This document shows, piece by piece, positions 22,096-32,263 of a stretch of 64,000 bases of DNA. Within the stretch, counting starts at the first letter, position 1. Each line of letters opens with the position of its first letter. This DNA is from Polyangiales bacterium. Its GTDB lineage: Bacteria; Myxococcota_A; Polyangia; Polyangiales; Houyiibacteriaceae. Location: NCBI GenBank assembly GCA_035466435.1, contig DATIUW010000300.1:911-64910 (forward strand), in the 5' to 3' direction. Under the pieces are notes generated by a model. It was not told the DNA's origin and ran no database searches. It worked only from the letters and a program-made list of their open reading frames with translations. A program made the position numbers and the translations under genes.

Positions 22096-24831
22096 ATGTC
22101 GGAAGACGAGCACCGGTCCACCATTTTGATGGTGGGTCAGGGCGAGCCGATGCAGACGGCGTTGGGGGAGGCGCTTCGGCGCCAGGGCATGTCCGTTGCG
22201 GGTTGTGCAACGGCGGAGCTCGAACAGGCAGTCCGCGTCTACGCACCGGACTTGGTGGTCCTCATCGGAGATGCAGCGGTCCGTGGAGGCGCTGGCGTCG
22301 TTCGCCGCATGGCGGCCAATCGCTCGACCGACGTATTGCCGATAGCAATCGTCTCGAACGATACGGCGCTCAAGCAGCGAGGGCGCGACCTTCGCACCGG
22401 AGCAGTCGCAATCGTTCCGCGAGGGACCGGCGCGGATGCGATCGCCCGCAGGCTGGTGGAGCTCACCGAAGAGGTCCCGGAGCGCTCCGGGTTGCTCACT
22501 GGCGAGATCAACGAGAGCAACCTGCAAGACGTGGTCGATCTCGTCTCCAACGAAGGCAGAACGGGAATCTTGAGCATCCGCTCGCCGAAAGGCGTGCTCG
22601 AGGGCATGCCCATGGTCGTCGAGACGGAACGTCCGGCTGCCCACAACATGGAGCGCATCCTCGACCGACTCCGCGAAGCGATGGCCGAGTCGAAGTCGCT
22701 CCAATACGAGTTTCACGAGACCAGCGGCGGACGTCTTTCCACCCTGCCCGCAGCCATGGGCACCGAAGAGGTCGACCTCAGTGATCTGCAAGACGCGCGC
22801 GTGGTGCTCCTCGACTCGGACGAGCTTCGAGCGGAACGGCTCGCCACCGTGCTCAGCACGCGCGGCGTGCGCGTCGCTGCTGCGGACTTTTCGACTGCCG
22901 TAATTCCTCGCGTGCGCGAGATCGACCCACAAGTCATCGTCCTCGATTCGACGGCCGTGGGAGGACGAGGCATCGAGCTCGTGCGGGCCATCCGAAAGGA
23001 CCCGCAGCTCCGCTGGGCATCGATGTTGGTCGTCCGCTGGGACGACTACTGGCCGGGCTCTTCTTCGGATTCCGAGCCCGACTTGGCGCAACTCGCCGGC
23101 CGGATCGTCCCCCTGATCGAGCAAGATCTCGAAATCGCCCGCCGCGTCGAGGATGAAGTCGACTTCGACACGCGGCTCGAGCTCGTGGGGCCCGGGCGTC
23201 TGTTGCGGACGCTCGGCTCGATGCCCGGCGTTCGGCACGTTGCCATCGCGGGTGCCAAGCGCAGCATCGAAATCGACATCGCCGACAATTCCGTGGTCGG
23301 CGCGTATGCCACCCTCCACGAAGGGACTACGCAGAGCCTTCAAGGAATGCCAGCGCTCCTGTCGCTGTGGGGTCTCAACTCCGGCCGGGTTTCGGTGCGC
23401 GAGCAAGACCTGCCCTCGGTGGCGAACATCATGATGCCCGTCGACGAGGCGCTCGGCGTCGTATCACACCAACTTGGCTTCGTGGACGGGAACGGCGGGA
23501 TCGAAGTCGACGCGCACACGATGCCTCCACTCGAGCCCGAGATCGAAGAGCATGCGACCGTGCCTCCCGGCGCCACGGAGCCCGCCAAGCTCGACGACGC
23601 AAGGACCATGGCGCCCCCTCGCTTCCGTCACTTGCGCACGGCCGGGGCCGAAGCCGCTCCGCGAGGTTTTTCCGAGGAAGAGGTGCCGACGAACAAAGTG
23701 GCGCAGCTCCTCGGGCGCGTCGAAACGCAACAACGGCCGATTCCCGCAGTGCGCGCCGCACAGGAGCTCATCGAAGAGGCTGCCCATACCGACCATGCTG
23801 TCGCACGATCGGTGAAGTCCACGCATCTGGGCCTCGCGCCGGTCTTCGAGGTATTGCCTCAGGACGCGGCGGATGCGATCGACGAGCACAAGACGATCCC
23901 CGTTCCCCAAAGGCCCACCCCGCCTCCCCCGCCCGTCAGCCGCAAGCCCGTCCCGGCGCCGAGGTTCCGAGCAGACGACGACTTCGAGCCCGAGCTGGCG
24001 CGAGTGTTGGAGGGTCCAGCAACGCTCGTTGCGCCCGAAAGCGAGGGCGGAATGCCCGCGTGGATCCAGGCGCTGCTGCTGGTCACCCTGATCGCAGGCG
24101 TCGGAGTCTTCGGCTGGCAGCTCTGGTTGCGACGAGGCGCGACCACCACCGCTTCGGTACAAACCTTTGCCGAAGTCGACGTCGAAGGATCCAAGGGGCC
24201 CATTACCGGAACGGTCAACGGGCTCGAGGCTTCCGATGATGGGACGAATGCGGAGCCCGAGCGGTTGCCGGAAAACGAGCCCACGGCCGAGCTTGCGAAA
24301 TCTGGCGATGGGACTGCCGAACCGAATCCAGTGGGGCAAGAGGAAGTGGCCGCGGCCGAGCCCTCCGAGCCCGAACCTGCCGAGCCTGAGCCCAGTGGGC
24401 CGGAGAAGGCCGCTGCGCCATCACCCGCGCTTTCCGTGCCGACGCAGAATCTGCCGCGCGATCCCGCTCGCGCATCGGACGTGCTCGTCCATCGCGCCCT
24501 GCCCTTGATTCGAAGCGGTGAGCTACGCCTCGCCGAGGCCACCCTCGATCGCGCCTGGGAGCTCGATCCCAGAAACCCGCAGGCCATGGCCGGATATGCT
24601 GCGCTATACGTCGCAGCCGGGGACGGTGGTCGTGCGCTGAAGTGGGCCAAGAAGGCCGTTCGCAAGCGGTCGCGACGACCCCAATACCACGTCATTCATG
24701 GTGATGCGCTCCAGCTCCAGGGAGACATCGCGGGGGCTCGAAAAGCGTGGACCAAAGCGCTCTCGCTCGACCCACGCAATCGCGAGGCGAAGGCGCGGCT
24801 CGCCGACACCAGCGCTCAGGCCGCCAAATAG
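22096..24831 (+). CDS. Multi-domain signalling protein: receiver-like, PATAN/DUF4388-like, receiver, second DUF4388-like, Pro-rich linker, one TM helix, acidic linker, C-terminal TPR
   Basis: 911-aa ORF. Recognised segments are TILMVGQGE..DLVVLIGD (receiver-like), LQDVVDLVSNEGRTGILSI (DUF4388-like) and RVVLLDSD..QVIVLDST..LVRAIRKDP (receiver). A TM helix (MPAWIQALLLVTLIAGVGVFGWQLWL) lies at about 24052-24129. TPR-like repeats follow (..AMAGYAALYVAAGDGGRALKWAKKAV..GDIAGARKAWTKALSLDPRN). Confidence 0.75.
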   Translation: MSEDEHRSTILMVGQGEPMQTALGEALRRQGMSVAGCATAELEQAVRVYAPDLVVLIGDAAVRGGAGVVRRMAANRSTDVLPIAIVSNDTALKQRGRDLRTGAVAIVPRGTGADAIARRLVELTEEVPERSGLLTGEINESNLQDVVDLVSNEGRTGILSIRSPKGVLEGMPMVVETERPAAHNMERILDRLREAMAESKSLQYEFHETSGGRLSTLPAAMGTEEVDLSDLQDARVVLLDSDELRAERLATVLSTRGVRVAAADFSTAVIPRVREIDPQVIVLDSTAVGGRGIELVRAIRKDPQLRWASMLVVRWDDYWPGSSSDSEPDLAQLAGRIVPLIEQDLEIARRVEDEVDFDTRLELVGPGRLLRTLGSMPGVRHVAIAGAKRSIEIDIADNSVVGAYATLHEGTTQSLQGMPALLSLWGLNSGRVSVREQDLPSVANIMMPVDEALGVVSHQLGFVDGNGGIEVDAHTMPPLEPEIEEHATVPPGATEPAKLDDARTMAPPRFRHLRTAGAEAAPRGFSEEEVPTNKVAQLLGRVETQQRPIPAVRAAQELIEEAAHTDHAVARSVKSTHLGLAPVFEVLPQDAADAIDEHKTIPVPQRPTPPPPPVSRKPVPAPRFRADDDFEPELARVLEGPATLVAPESEGGMPAWIQALLLVTLIAGVGVFGWQLWLRRGATTTASVQTFAEVDVEGSKGPITGTVNGLEASDDGTNAEPERLPENEPTAELAKSGDGTAEPNPVGQEEVAAAEPSEPEPAEPEPSGPEKAAAPSPALSVPTQNLPRDPARASDVLVHRALPLIRSGELRLAEATLDRAWELDPRNPQAMAGYAALYVAAGDGGRALKWAKKAVRKRSRRPQYHVIHGDALQLQGDIAGARKAWTKALSLDPRNREAKARLADTSAQAAK

Positions 24832-24866
24832 TTGCCCCTTGGGCCACCTCGTGCCTAGCGTCGGGC

Positions 24867-25382
24867 ATGGCCAAGCAATTCTGGTGCGCGGTGGCGCTGA
24901 TCGGGCTTTCGGGCTGCTTGATGCAAAACCTCAGCCCGGAAACACGCATGCGCGACGCGGTCATCGAGCTCAACGAAGGCGCGCGCTGGGGACGTATGGA
25001 CGTAGCAAGCGGTCACGTCGCGCCGCAGTTTCGTCCCCAGTTCAAGCTCTCGCACATCCACTGGGGAAGAGACATCCAAATCGCCGACACGGAGATCCTC
25101 GGCATGAGCCCCGAGACCGACGAGGAGGGCGTCGGTGCGTTTTCCCGCGTGGCAGTGCGTTGGTACGACGAGAGCACGATGGTGCTCGCGAGCACGGTCA
25201 TCCGCCAAACCTGGCAGAAGCACAAGCAGACCTTTCTCTTGACGAACGAGTCCATCGAGAGCGGCCATCCCGGCCTCCTGATGATCCCCGAAGAGCAACC
25301 CTCGCAGCCCTCCGAGTCCGACTCCGAGCCCTCGCAACGAGACACCTTCACCGACGACTCGCAATGGAGCAGCGTCTACTGA
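24867..25382 (+). CDS. Hypothetical lipoprotein
   Basis: MAKQFWCAVALIGLSGC has a strong lipobox. The C-terminal tail is acidic and Ser/Pro-rich. I chose the internal ATG of track ORF 24747..25382. Confidence 0.55.
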   Translation: MAKQFWCAVALIGLSGCLMQNLSPETRMRDAVIELNEGARWGRMDVASGHVAPQFRPQFKLSHIHWGRDIQIADTEILGMSPETDEEGVGAFSRVAVRWYDESTMVLASTVIRQTWQKHKQTFLLTNESIESGHPGLLMIPEEQPSQPSESDSEPSQRDTFTDDSQWSSVY

Positions 25383-25383
25383 T

Positions 25384-26373
25384 TCAGTCGATGCCCACGG
25401 CGTGTCGCACACGCTCCATCGTGCGACTTGCTATCTCGCGCGCCTTGCCGGCGCCTGCGTGAAGAAGAGCGTCGAGGCGATCTTCGTCGGAACGAATCTC
25501 TCGATAGGCGTCCCGCTTCGGCCCCAGCTCTTCCTCGATGGCGTCGAAGAGATCCTGCTTTGCGTGGCCCCAGCCATATCCCCCGGCCTCTAGCTTGCGC
25601 TTCATCTCGAGGGCTCGTTCGGGCACGATGAGCTCGTAAAGCTCGTAAATCGTCGAGCCTTCGACGCTCTTCGGCTCTTCGAGAGACTCGGAGGTCGTCT
25701 TGATGCTCATGATCACCTTGCGCAGCCTCTTCGGCGACTCGAAGAGGGGAATCGAGTTGCCTCGGCTCTTGCTCATTTTCTCCCCATCGGTGCCTGGAAC
25801 CAGCGGCGCTTCGGTAACCAGCGCCTCGGGCACCACCAAGGTGTCTTCGCCGTAGAGGTGGTTGAGCCGGGCAGCGACGTCCCGAGTGAGCTCCAGATGC
25901 TGCTTCTGGTCTTTGCCGATGGGCACGACGTCGGTGTCGTAAAGTAAGATGTCGGCTGCCATGAGAATCGGATAGTTGAAGAGACCCGCGTTGGGAGACT
26001 CGCCTCGTGCGACGGCGTCCTTGTATGCGTGGCCGCGCTCGAGCTGCCCCGTCGCCAGAAGGCAGCTCAGCACCCAAGTGAGCTCGAACACCTCCGGTAC
26101 GTCGGACTGCCGATAGAGCAGCGTCCGATCCGGATCGAGCCCGCATGCAAGCCAGGTGGCGGCGACGTCGCGGATGTGGCTCCGAAGCGCGTCCGCGTCG
26201 CGGACGCTGGTCAGCGCGTGATAGTCGGCGATGAAATATAGGGTCCGATAGCGATCGACGAGCGAAAGGGCAGGCCGAATCGCTCCCAGGTAGTTGCCCA
26301 AATGAGGCAAGTGCGTGGGCTTGATGCCGGTCAGCGAGGTCTTCACGAGGCGGAGAGTGGCCCATGTGGACAT
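25384..26373 (-). CDS. trpS: Tryptophan--tRNA ligase
   Basis: Class I signature motifs are present: PHLGNYLG (HIGH-like) and EKMSKSRGN (KMSKS). The overall TrpRS pattern is GIKPT..LHLGNY. The start is taken at MSTWATLRL (26373). Confidence 0.9.
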   Translation of the reverse strand: MSTWATLRLVKTSLTGIKPTHLPHLGNYLGAIRPALSLVDRYRTLYFIADYHALTSVRDADALRSHIRDVAATWLACGLDPDRTLLYRQSDVPEVFELTWVLSCLLATGQLERGHAYKDAVARGESPNAGLFNYPILMAADILLYDTDVVPIGKDQKQHLELTRDVAARLNHLYGEDTLVVPEALVTEAPLVPGTDGEKMSKSRGNSIPLFESPKRLRKVIMSIKTTSESLEEPKSVEGSTIYELYELIVPERALEMKRKLEAGGYGWGHAKQDLFDAIEEELGPKRDAYREIRSDEDRLDALLHAGAGKAREIASRTMERVRHAVGID

Positions 26374-26417
26374 ACCCGGCAACCGGGGTATCTTCGACAA
26401 TTCGGGAAGAAAAAGGC

Positions 26418-26909
26418 ATGACAGCTCGTCCATTCAAGATTCTGGGAATCCAACAAGTCGCCGTTGGTGCGCCCGACAAGGCGGCCCTGCGCCGGCTCTG
26501 GGTCGACACCCTCGGCCTCACCCCACACGGGCATTTCGTGAGCGAGAAAGAAAACGTCGACGAGGACATCGTGACGATGGGCGCTGGGCCGTTCACGGTC
26601 GAGGTCGATCTGATGCAGCCGATCGATCCCGAAAAGAAACCGCGGGTCGACACACCGCCGCTCAACCACATCGGGCTGTGGGTGGACGACATCGAGGCGG
26701 CCGTGGAGTGGCTCGGCGATCGAGGCGTGCGATTCACGCCGGGTGGCATCCGTTCCGGCGCCGCGGGCCACCGCGTTTGTTTCATCCATCCCAAGGGGAA
26801 CGAGGCCTCTCCGATCGGAGGCGAAGGGGTGCTGATCGAGCTCGTCGAGGCTCCGGCGGAGGTCCGAGATGCCTTCGCGAAGCTCAGCGGCGATTCCAGC
26901 CAAGCCTGA
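26418..26909 (+). CDS. VOC/glyoxalase family protein (methylmalonyl-CoA epimerase-like)
   Basis: [53 protein letters not shown] fits the paired beta-alpha-beta-beta-beta module pattern of the VOC superfamily. Confidence 0.7.
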   Translation: MTARPFKILGIQQVAVGAPDKAALRRLWVDTLGLTPHGHFVSEKENVDEDIVTMGAGPFTVEVDLMQPIDPEKKPRVDTPPLNHIGLWVDDIEAAVEWLGDRGVRFTPGGIRSGAAGHRVCFIHPKGNEASPIGGEGVLIELVEAPAEVRDAFAKLSGDSSQA

Positions 26910-29220
26910 GGCTCGTGACCTCGATGTCCGACTTGCGGGGTCGGACGAGGACCTCGTCGATCTCCGGCAGCTCGAGCGCGACGTCGACGTGAAGCGCATT
27001 CAGCTCCTGCTCTGCCTCGACCTCGAGGGCTCTGCGCTCGGCCTCGAGCGCTCGAAGCGCCTGCTCGGCTTGCTGCACGTCCTGCTGCTCACTAGCCACC
27101 CGGCCTGCGCTGCGGGCGGCCGTCGTGGCCCGACCGACCGTGCGCCGACCCAAGATCGCACCCAGCAGCGTCGCGCTCACCGAAATTCCAGTCTGCAGCT
27201 TCTGCTGCTCGTACTGACTTTCCTCACGTTGTAGACGCGCTCGTGCGCGAGCGATCCGGTCGTCGATGCGGTCGAGCTTCTTTTCGAATCGGCTCCTCAG
27301 CGCTTCGACCGCCGCGTCTCGTCTCTCACGGTTGGCGAGCTGCGCCCGGGCGGTGAAGTCGGCCAAGCTCTCGCCCGGCCTCGACCGAAGCTTCAGGTCC
27401 TTGCAACGCCACAGGGTCTTCGGATGCCTCTGGTAAACGTGGGTCTTGATCTGTTTCCCGTAGCTTCGAAAGCGCGCTTGGCTCACCGAGCCAGATGGGG
27501 GGGCGATGAACTCGGCCTTGGCGGGCTCCGCCTCGAACAGGGTCACCTCACCCGGCCCGAGCAGCAGCGCGGATTCCCACGGCGCGTCCTCTCCGAGCGG
27601 CGCCATGATCACGTGCTCTTCCCACGAATCGAGATCTTGCGATGCCAGCACGTAGTGAAGCGTCACTTCGGCGATCAGGTACGGCTCGTAGGTCCCGGGC
27701 TGATCGCTGAGGAAGACCTCGTCAATTCCGGCAGGAAGGACGGGCCTGGCGTTCGAGACGGGGACGGGGGATTCGACTTCGACCGTGGGCGCCTCCGCCA
27801 TCGGCCCAGGCGCAGGACGCGCGGGGCTCAACAGCTTGATTTCGCGGCGAGTGAGGGGCCCGCGAAGATAGGACATCGCCCAGCGGGTATGGAAGAGCAG
27901 CGGCCCGCTTTCGTGCACGTTGTTCAGGAGAAAGACGCGGCCTTGCAGCCCGGCCAGCAATCGCTCGACCGCGCTTCGGTCGAGTCTCTGTCCGGCCGCG
28001 GAAGCTGCGCCTGCCAGACCTTCCGCGACGCGCGCGACGTCGCGCTCGGTTTGCAGCCTGCCTAGGAACCAGGTGCCGCAGTTCGACAAAGCCTTGTAGT
28101 CGATGTCGACCGGGTTCTGTGTGGCCAGCACGACGCCCACGCCATATGCGCGCGCCTGCTTGAGGAGGGTGAGCAGAGGGCGTTTCGATGGCGGCTCGGC
28201 CACGGGAGGCAAGAAACCGAAGACCTCGTCCATGTACAGAATCGCCCGAAGGCTCGAAGTGCCGGACTGGGAACGCATCCACGACACCACGCGGTTCAGC
28301 AGAAGGCTGACGAAGAACATGCGCTCCGCTTCGTTGAGATGGGCGATCGAGAGAATCGCGATCCTCGGCTTGCCCGTATCGGTCCAGAGCAAACGTTGCA
28401 CGTCGAGCGGCTCGCCCTCGAGCCAGGCGGAAAACCCTGGCGACGCCAGCAAGCCGTTGACGCGCATGGCCAGCTTCTGCCTCTCGGACGCCGGATAAAA
28501 CGTCTCCAGATCGAACACGCCGATTTCGTCCAACGGTGGATCGGCGATCGCACGAACCAGCGCGCCGAGCTCGAGCGACTTGCCCTCGGACCAAGCGTGC
28601 GTGAGCAAGTTGGAGAGCAAAATGTGCTCCCGGCTGTTCACGGGGTCCGGATCGATCCCCAGCAAAGTGAGGAGGCTCGAGACGATCCCGAGGATCTGAT
28701 CGCGCTCGGCGTCACGGTCCGAGCCCGGTCCGGGCGGCTCGAAGGAGGCCAGCACCCGGAGCTGGGAGCCCGCCGAGCTTCCGGGCGTGTAGATCGCGAG
28801 GTCGACGGCATCCCGAAAGCGGGCGATTCGGGCGCCGTCCTGGCCCCACGCGGCGAGCCCCTCGCGCCACAGCTCGGATACGGCCTCGGCGTGCTGAGCG
28901 ACCGTGCGTCCCTTCCGCTCCGCTTCCGCAGGATCGATCCACGGCTCGAAATCCGCAGCGCGAAGCTCTGGGAAGGTCAACAAAAGATTTCCGAGATCCC
29001 CTTTGGGATCGATGCACAGCGCCGGAATGCCATCGATCGCCGCTTCTTCGAGGAGCGTGAGACACAAGCCGGTCTTGCCGCTTCCCGTCATGCCCACGCA
29101 CACCGCGTGCGTCGTGAGGTCCTTCGAATCGTAGAGCACCGGGACGTCGTTCGGCTCCCCGCGCACGGGATCGAACACTCTTCCCAGATACAGCTTACCG
29201 AGCTTCTCGAGCTCGATCAC
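26884..29220 (-). CDS. HerA/FtsK-like P-loop ATPase (DUF87/DUF853-type) with long C-terminal coiled coil
   Basis: It has Walker A ([12 protein letters not shown]), a Walker-B-like segment ([14 protein letters not shown]) and [30 protein letters not shown]. About 330 further residues end in an Arg/Glu/Gln-rich coiled coil. The ATG overlaps the upstream TPR gene stop (ATGA at 29217-29220). Confidence 0.8.
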   Translation of the reverse strand: MIELEKLGKLYLGRVFDPVRGEPNDVPVLYDSKDLTTHAVCVGMTGSGKTGLCLTLLEEAAIDGIPALCIDPKGDLGNLLLTFPELRAADFEPWIDPAEAERKGRTVAQHAEAVSELWREGLAAWGQDGARIARFRDAVDLAIYTPGSSAGSQLRVLASFEPPGPGSDRDAERDQILGIVSSLLTLLGIDPDPVNSREHILLSNLLTHAWSEGKSLELGALVRAIADPPLDEIGVFDLETFYPASERQKLAMRVNGLLASPGFSAWLEGEPLDVQRLLWTDTGKPRIAILSIAHLNEAERMFFVSLLLNRVVSWMRSQSGTSSLRAILYMDEVFGFLPPVAEPPSKRPLLTLLKQARAYGVGVVLATQNPVDIDYKALSNCGTWFLGRLQTERDVARVAEGLAGAASAAGQRLDRSAVERLLAGLQGRVFLLNNVHESGPLLFHTRWAMSYLRGPLTRREIKLLSPARPAPGPMAEAPTVEVESPVPVSNARPVLPAGIDEVFLSDQPGTYEPYLIAEVTLHYVLASQDLDSWEEHVIMAPLGEDAPWESALLLGPGEVTLFEAEPAKAEFIAPPSGSVSQARFRSYGKQIKTHVYQRHPKTLWRCKDLKLRSRPGESLADFTARAQLANRERRDAAVEALRSRFEKKLDRIDDRIARARARLQREESQYEQQKLQTGISVSATLLGAILGRRTVGRATTAARSAGRVASEQQDVQQAEQALRALEAERRALEVEAEQELNALHVDVALELPEIDEVLVRPRKSDIEVTSLRLGWNRR

Positions 29221-31331
29221 GGACCCTGCGACTCCGTCGGCTCATGGTCGAGCAGTAGCTTGCGGGCCATCTCATACTCGTAGAAGCTCACCATCTTGGT
29301 TTGCAAAACACTGCGAAATTGCTCGAACGCGCCGGCCTCGTCCCCGACGATGAAGCGCCGCGTGCCTTCGTAGTAGATGGCCTCGGTCCTCTCCCCCAAG
29401 CTCGAAGCGACGCTCATCAACCCGGCATAGTCGAGCTTCCCCGCGCCGAAGCTGGCGAGCTTTCCCCACCAGCTCGAGCTTCCTCCGAGACGTCGCAACA
29501 GGTCCTTGTGCTCTTCGGCAGGGGGCCGATCGGCGCGCGCGGCGATGAACTGGACCCAGAGCGTGAAGTAGACCTTCCACTCGGGCGGTAGATTGAGCTG
29601 CAGCTGAGACCTCCGCCACACCATCTGGGCGAGCTCGTAGTTGGGCTCCGCCGACACGAGGTGCGACAAGATCGTCGCGTACACGTCTCTCCACTGCGGC
29701 GCATACATCATCGCGTTTTCGAATGCGTCGGCCGCGTCTTCATGGCGCCCGAGCTGGTCGAGGAGCACGCCACGCCGCATTTCCACGAGGGCTCCGGTCG
29801 GACCTTCGACCTGATCACGCGCCGCCGACCAGGCCTCGAGCGCAACCCGGTAGTTTTTGGTCATCGACTTCACGTCGCCCCTCGCGCGCGCGACGTTGCC
29901 CAGATGCTCGAAGATCTCTGCCCGGCGAAGGTCGTCCGGAAGTGAGCCGGTGGGCGTCAGCTCGAGCGCGCGACGATAGCGTTGCTCCGCGGCGTCCGGC
30001 CTTCCGATCCGCTCGAGAAGCAGCCCGAGCTGCAGCAATGCTTCCGGATTCTCGTCCTGCTCGAGGCTGGCTTCGAACCGCTTCTTTGCTTCCTCGGGAT
30101 TTCCGGCGTTCATCTCCAACATGCCGATCAGGAACTCCAGTCGGTTCGGCGCGATGGGAGGCTCGGAAGCGGGCCAGCGCTTCTGCCTTTCGGCGAGAAT
30201 CTTCTCCGCCCCGCGAGCAAGGGCGCCCGAACGTTCCGGGTGGGGGTCGCTCAGGCGGACTTCGATGAACTCGTCGAGCTGTCCGAGGGCTTCGTCGTAG
30301 AGCTCGATCATGTCGGGGGCGAGCTCGATCGCGATCGCGTACCAAGCGGTGGCGTCGGCAAATTCACCCGAATCGGCCGCCACCCGCGCCATGCAGGTGG
30401 GGAACCGGTAGTCCCGCGGAAATCGGATGAGCGCGGAGCGGCAAAGACCCGCTGCGACGTCGGGACGAGCGACCCGATAACCCTCGACGAGCTCGAAGGT
30501 CGCGGCGGCGCCCGTCTCGTCGTTGCTCTTGGCCGTCCGCAACAGGTCGAGAAGCCGAAGTTGAAGCTCGCCGCCGCCGCTCATGGACTCGACTTTTCCG
30601 ACCGCGGACGTGATGTCTCCGTGGGTGAGGTAGACGGCGGCGACGTTGAGCGGAGCCAAGCGTAGCTGCCGTTCTCCACCGATGCCCAACCGGTGCCGGT
30701 TCTCCGCGGTCTCTCCGGCAACGGCATCTCGGCCGGCGATGTAGAGACCAGCCAGAGTGTCGAGCACCTCGGGCGCAGGCGTCAGGTCCGCGTGATCACT
30801 CCACACGTCGATGAGCCCCGCGTACTGCTCGGACACGGTATCGAGGTTCGATCGCGCCTCGCGTCCCCACGTCGCGACTCGATCGTAGCGGGCTCGATAG
30901 GTTTCCTCCCCCGTCAACGTGTGGAGGATCCAATACGCCCCGAGCACGTATCCCTCGTCGCCGAGCCGGCCTCCCTCCTTTGCGATGTACTGTGCGACGG
31001 GCTCGATCCGACGAGGAAAGACACCGGCTGCATAGTCGGACGGAGACAAGAACGTGGTCAGACGGCTGACCTCGACGACGACCCCCTCGTAATCGCCGAC
31101 GTCGGCCAGGGCCTGCGCCTGCGAGAGCACCGTGGTGGTCAACCTGTCTCGAAGGGCCGAACGCGCCGGGTCGTCCGGCGACATCCTCAGAAACCGCCGT
31201 TCGGCATCGGGATACTCGGTTTGAGGAAGGGGCTCGGCCGCCTCTGCCTGACGACGTGGCGTGGCCGCGGAGTGCGCGCAAGACGCAGTGAGGCTCAGCA
31301 AGCCAAGAATGAACAAACGGCGAATTCTCAT
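29217..31331 (-). CDS. Secreted (possibly lipoprotein) all-TPR repeat protein
   Basis: It has an N-terminal signal-like sequence (MRIRRLFILGLLSLTASCAHS). TPR-like Ala/Leu/Tyr/Arg periodic helices run throughout (..EAKKRFEASLEQDENPEALLQLGLLLERIGRPDAAEQRYRRALEL..). Confidence 0.75.
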   Translation of the reverse strand: MRIRRLFILGLLSLTASCAHSAATPRRQAEAAEPLPQTEYPDAERRFLRMSPDDPARSALRDRLTTTVLSQAQALADVGDYEGVVVEVSRLTTFLSPSDYAAGVFPRRIEPVAQYIAKEGGRLGDEGYVLGAYWILHTLTGEETYRARYDRVATWGREARSNLDTVSEQYAGLIDVWSDHADLTPAPEVLDTLAGLYIAGRDAVAGETAENRHRLGIGGERQLRLAPLNVAAVYLTHGDITSAVGKVESMSGGGELQLRLLDLLRTAKSNDETGAAATFELVEGYRVARPDVAAGLCRSALIRFPRDYRFPTCMARVAADSGEFADATAWYAIAIELAPDMIELYDEALGQLDEFIEVRLSDPHPERSGALARGAEKILAERQKRWPASEPPIAPNRLEFLIGMLEMNAGNPEEAKKRFEASLEQDENPEALLQLGLLLERIGRPDAAEQRYRRALELTPTGSLPDDLRRAEIFEHLGNVARARGDVKSMTKNYRVALEAWSAARDQVEGPTGALVEMRRGVLLDQLGRHEDAADAFENAMMYAPQWRDVYATILSHLVSAEPNYELAQMVWRRSQLQLNLPPEWKVYFTLWVQFIAARADRPPAEEHKDLLRRLGGSSSWWGKLASFGAGKLDYAGLMSVASSLGERTEAIYYEGTRRFIVGDEAGAFEQFRSVLQTKMVSFYEYEMARKLLLDHEPTESQGP

Positions 31332-31420
31332 GCTCCCCAGCCGCTATAGCAGGGTCGGCAGAATACGGCAGGCGCATATCTTGGCGGCCACCCGGCCCTC
31401 CATGGCAAGGTACTCGCCGC

Positions 31421-32251
31421 ATGGGCGGGTATCTCCGAGCCGTGGCGATCGCTCTGGCGGTCCCGATCCTCAACCATCTATTCATGGCTCTGGCGGGCTT
31501 TCTCCAACTGCGAAGTCTCTCGGTGCCGTGGGGCGAGGCGATTCGCACCGCAGCGCAGGCGCCGCTCAACTACGCGCTGGTTCAAGCCGCGAGCGTGGGC
31601 GTCATCTTCGTGGTCGCGTTTCCCCACAGACGCCGCCAGGCGAGCTTTCTCGAAGCGGTGCACGTGCGACCCTTGGCGGGCGGCGTCGTGGGCCTATGCT
31701 TCCTCGCGGGCGCCTTCGCACAGTTGCCCTTGGCCGAGGTGGGAAACCTAGTGCAAGAAGTCTGGCCGATCAGCTTCGAGGAGCTGGCCAGACGCCACCG
31801 CCTGATCAATCCGACGACGTGGTGGGGCGGAATCTCTGCCTTGATCGCGCTGGTCATGGTCGCACCGGTCACCGAGGAGCTCCTGTTCCGAGGCTGGATC
31901 CTGCAAGATTTGAAGACGCGGTACGGCGCGACGGCGGCGTTGATCTGGAGCTCCTCGTGCTTCGGCATCGCACATCTGGAAGCTTCCGCCGTCGTCTATG
32001 CGACGCTCGGTGGCTTCGTCTTGGGAGCCGTCGCGCTTCGAACGGGCTCGACCCTCGGCAGCATCGCCATGCACGCTGGAGTCAACGCGCTGCCCTTGCT
32101 CCTACCGGTGCGCGTGATTCGAATCGAGGGCTTCAATACCTTGAGCCAACGAGTCGAGCACATCGCGTGGTGGTTGCTGGCGCTGGCGCTCTGCGGCGTC
32201 GCGTTCTCGCTGGCGCTAGTCTGGCGCGCGACCCGGGACGCCGAGCCGTGA
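31421..32251 (+). CDS. CPBP family intramembrane glutamic endopeptidase (CAAX protease/Abi-like)
   Basis: Multi-pass membrane protein with the family motifs EELLFRGWI, FGIAHL and HAGVN. Confidence 0.8.
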   Translation: MGGYLRAVAIALAVPILNHLFMALAGFLQLRSLSVPWGEAIRTAAQAPLNYALVQAASVGVIFVVAFPHRRRQASFLEAVHVRPLAGGVVGLCFLAGAFAQLPLAEVGNLVQEVWPISFEELARRHRLINPTTWWGGISALIALVMVAPVTEELLFRGWILQDLKTRYGATAALIWSSSCFGIAHLEASAVVYATLGGFVLGAVALRTGSTLGSIAMHAGVNALPLLLPVRVIRIEGFNTLSQRVEHIAWWLLALALCGVAFSLALVWRATRDAEP

Positions 32252-32263
32252 CGCCGACCTCGA

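Noticed and set aside
22072-23406. 444-aa minus-strand ORF antisense to the 911-aa signalling protein
   Set aside because: Antisense shadow ORF. It has Arg/Asp/His-rich low-information composition and no start context. The plus-strand frame has clear receiver and DUF4388 motifs.
25376-26794. 472-aa minus-strand ORF spanning trpS and the VOC gene
   Set aside because: It is out of frame with trpS (which has HIGH and KMSKS motifs) and antisense to the VOC gene. The product is Arg/Ser/Pro-rich junk.
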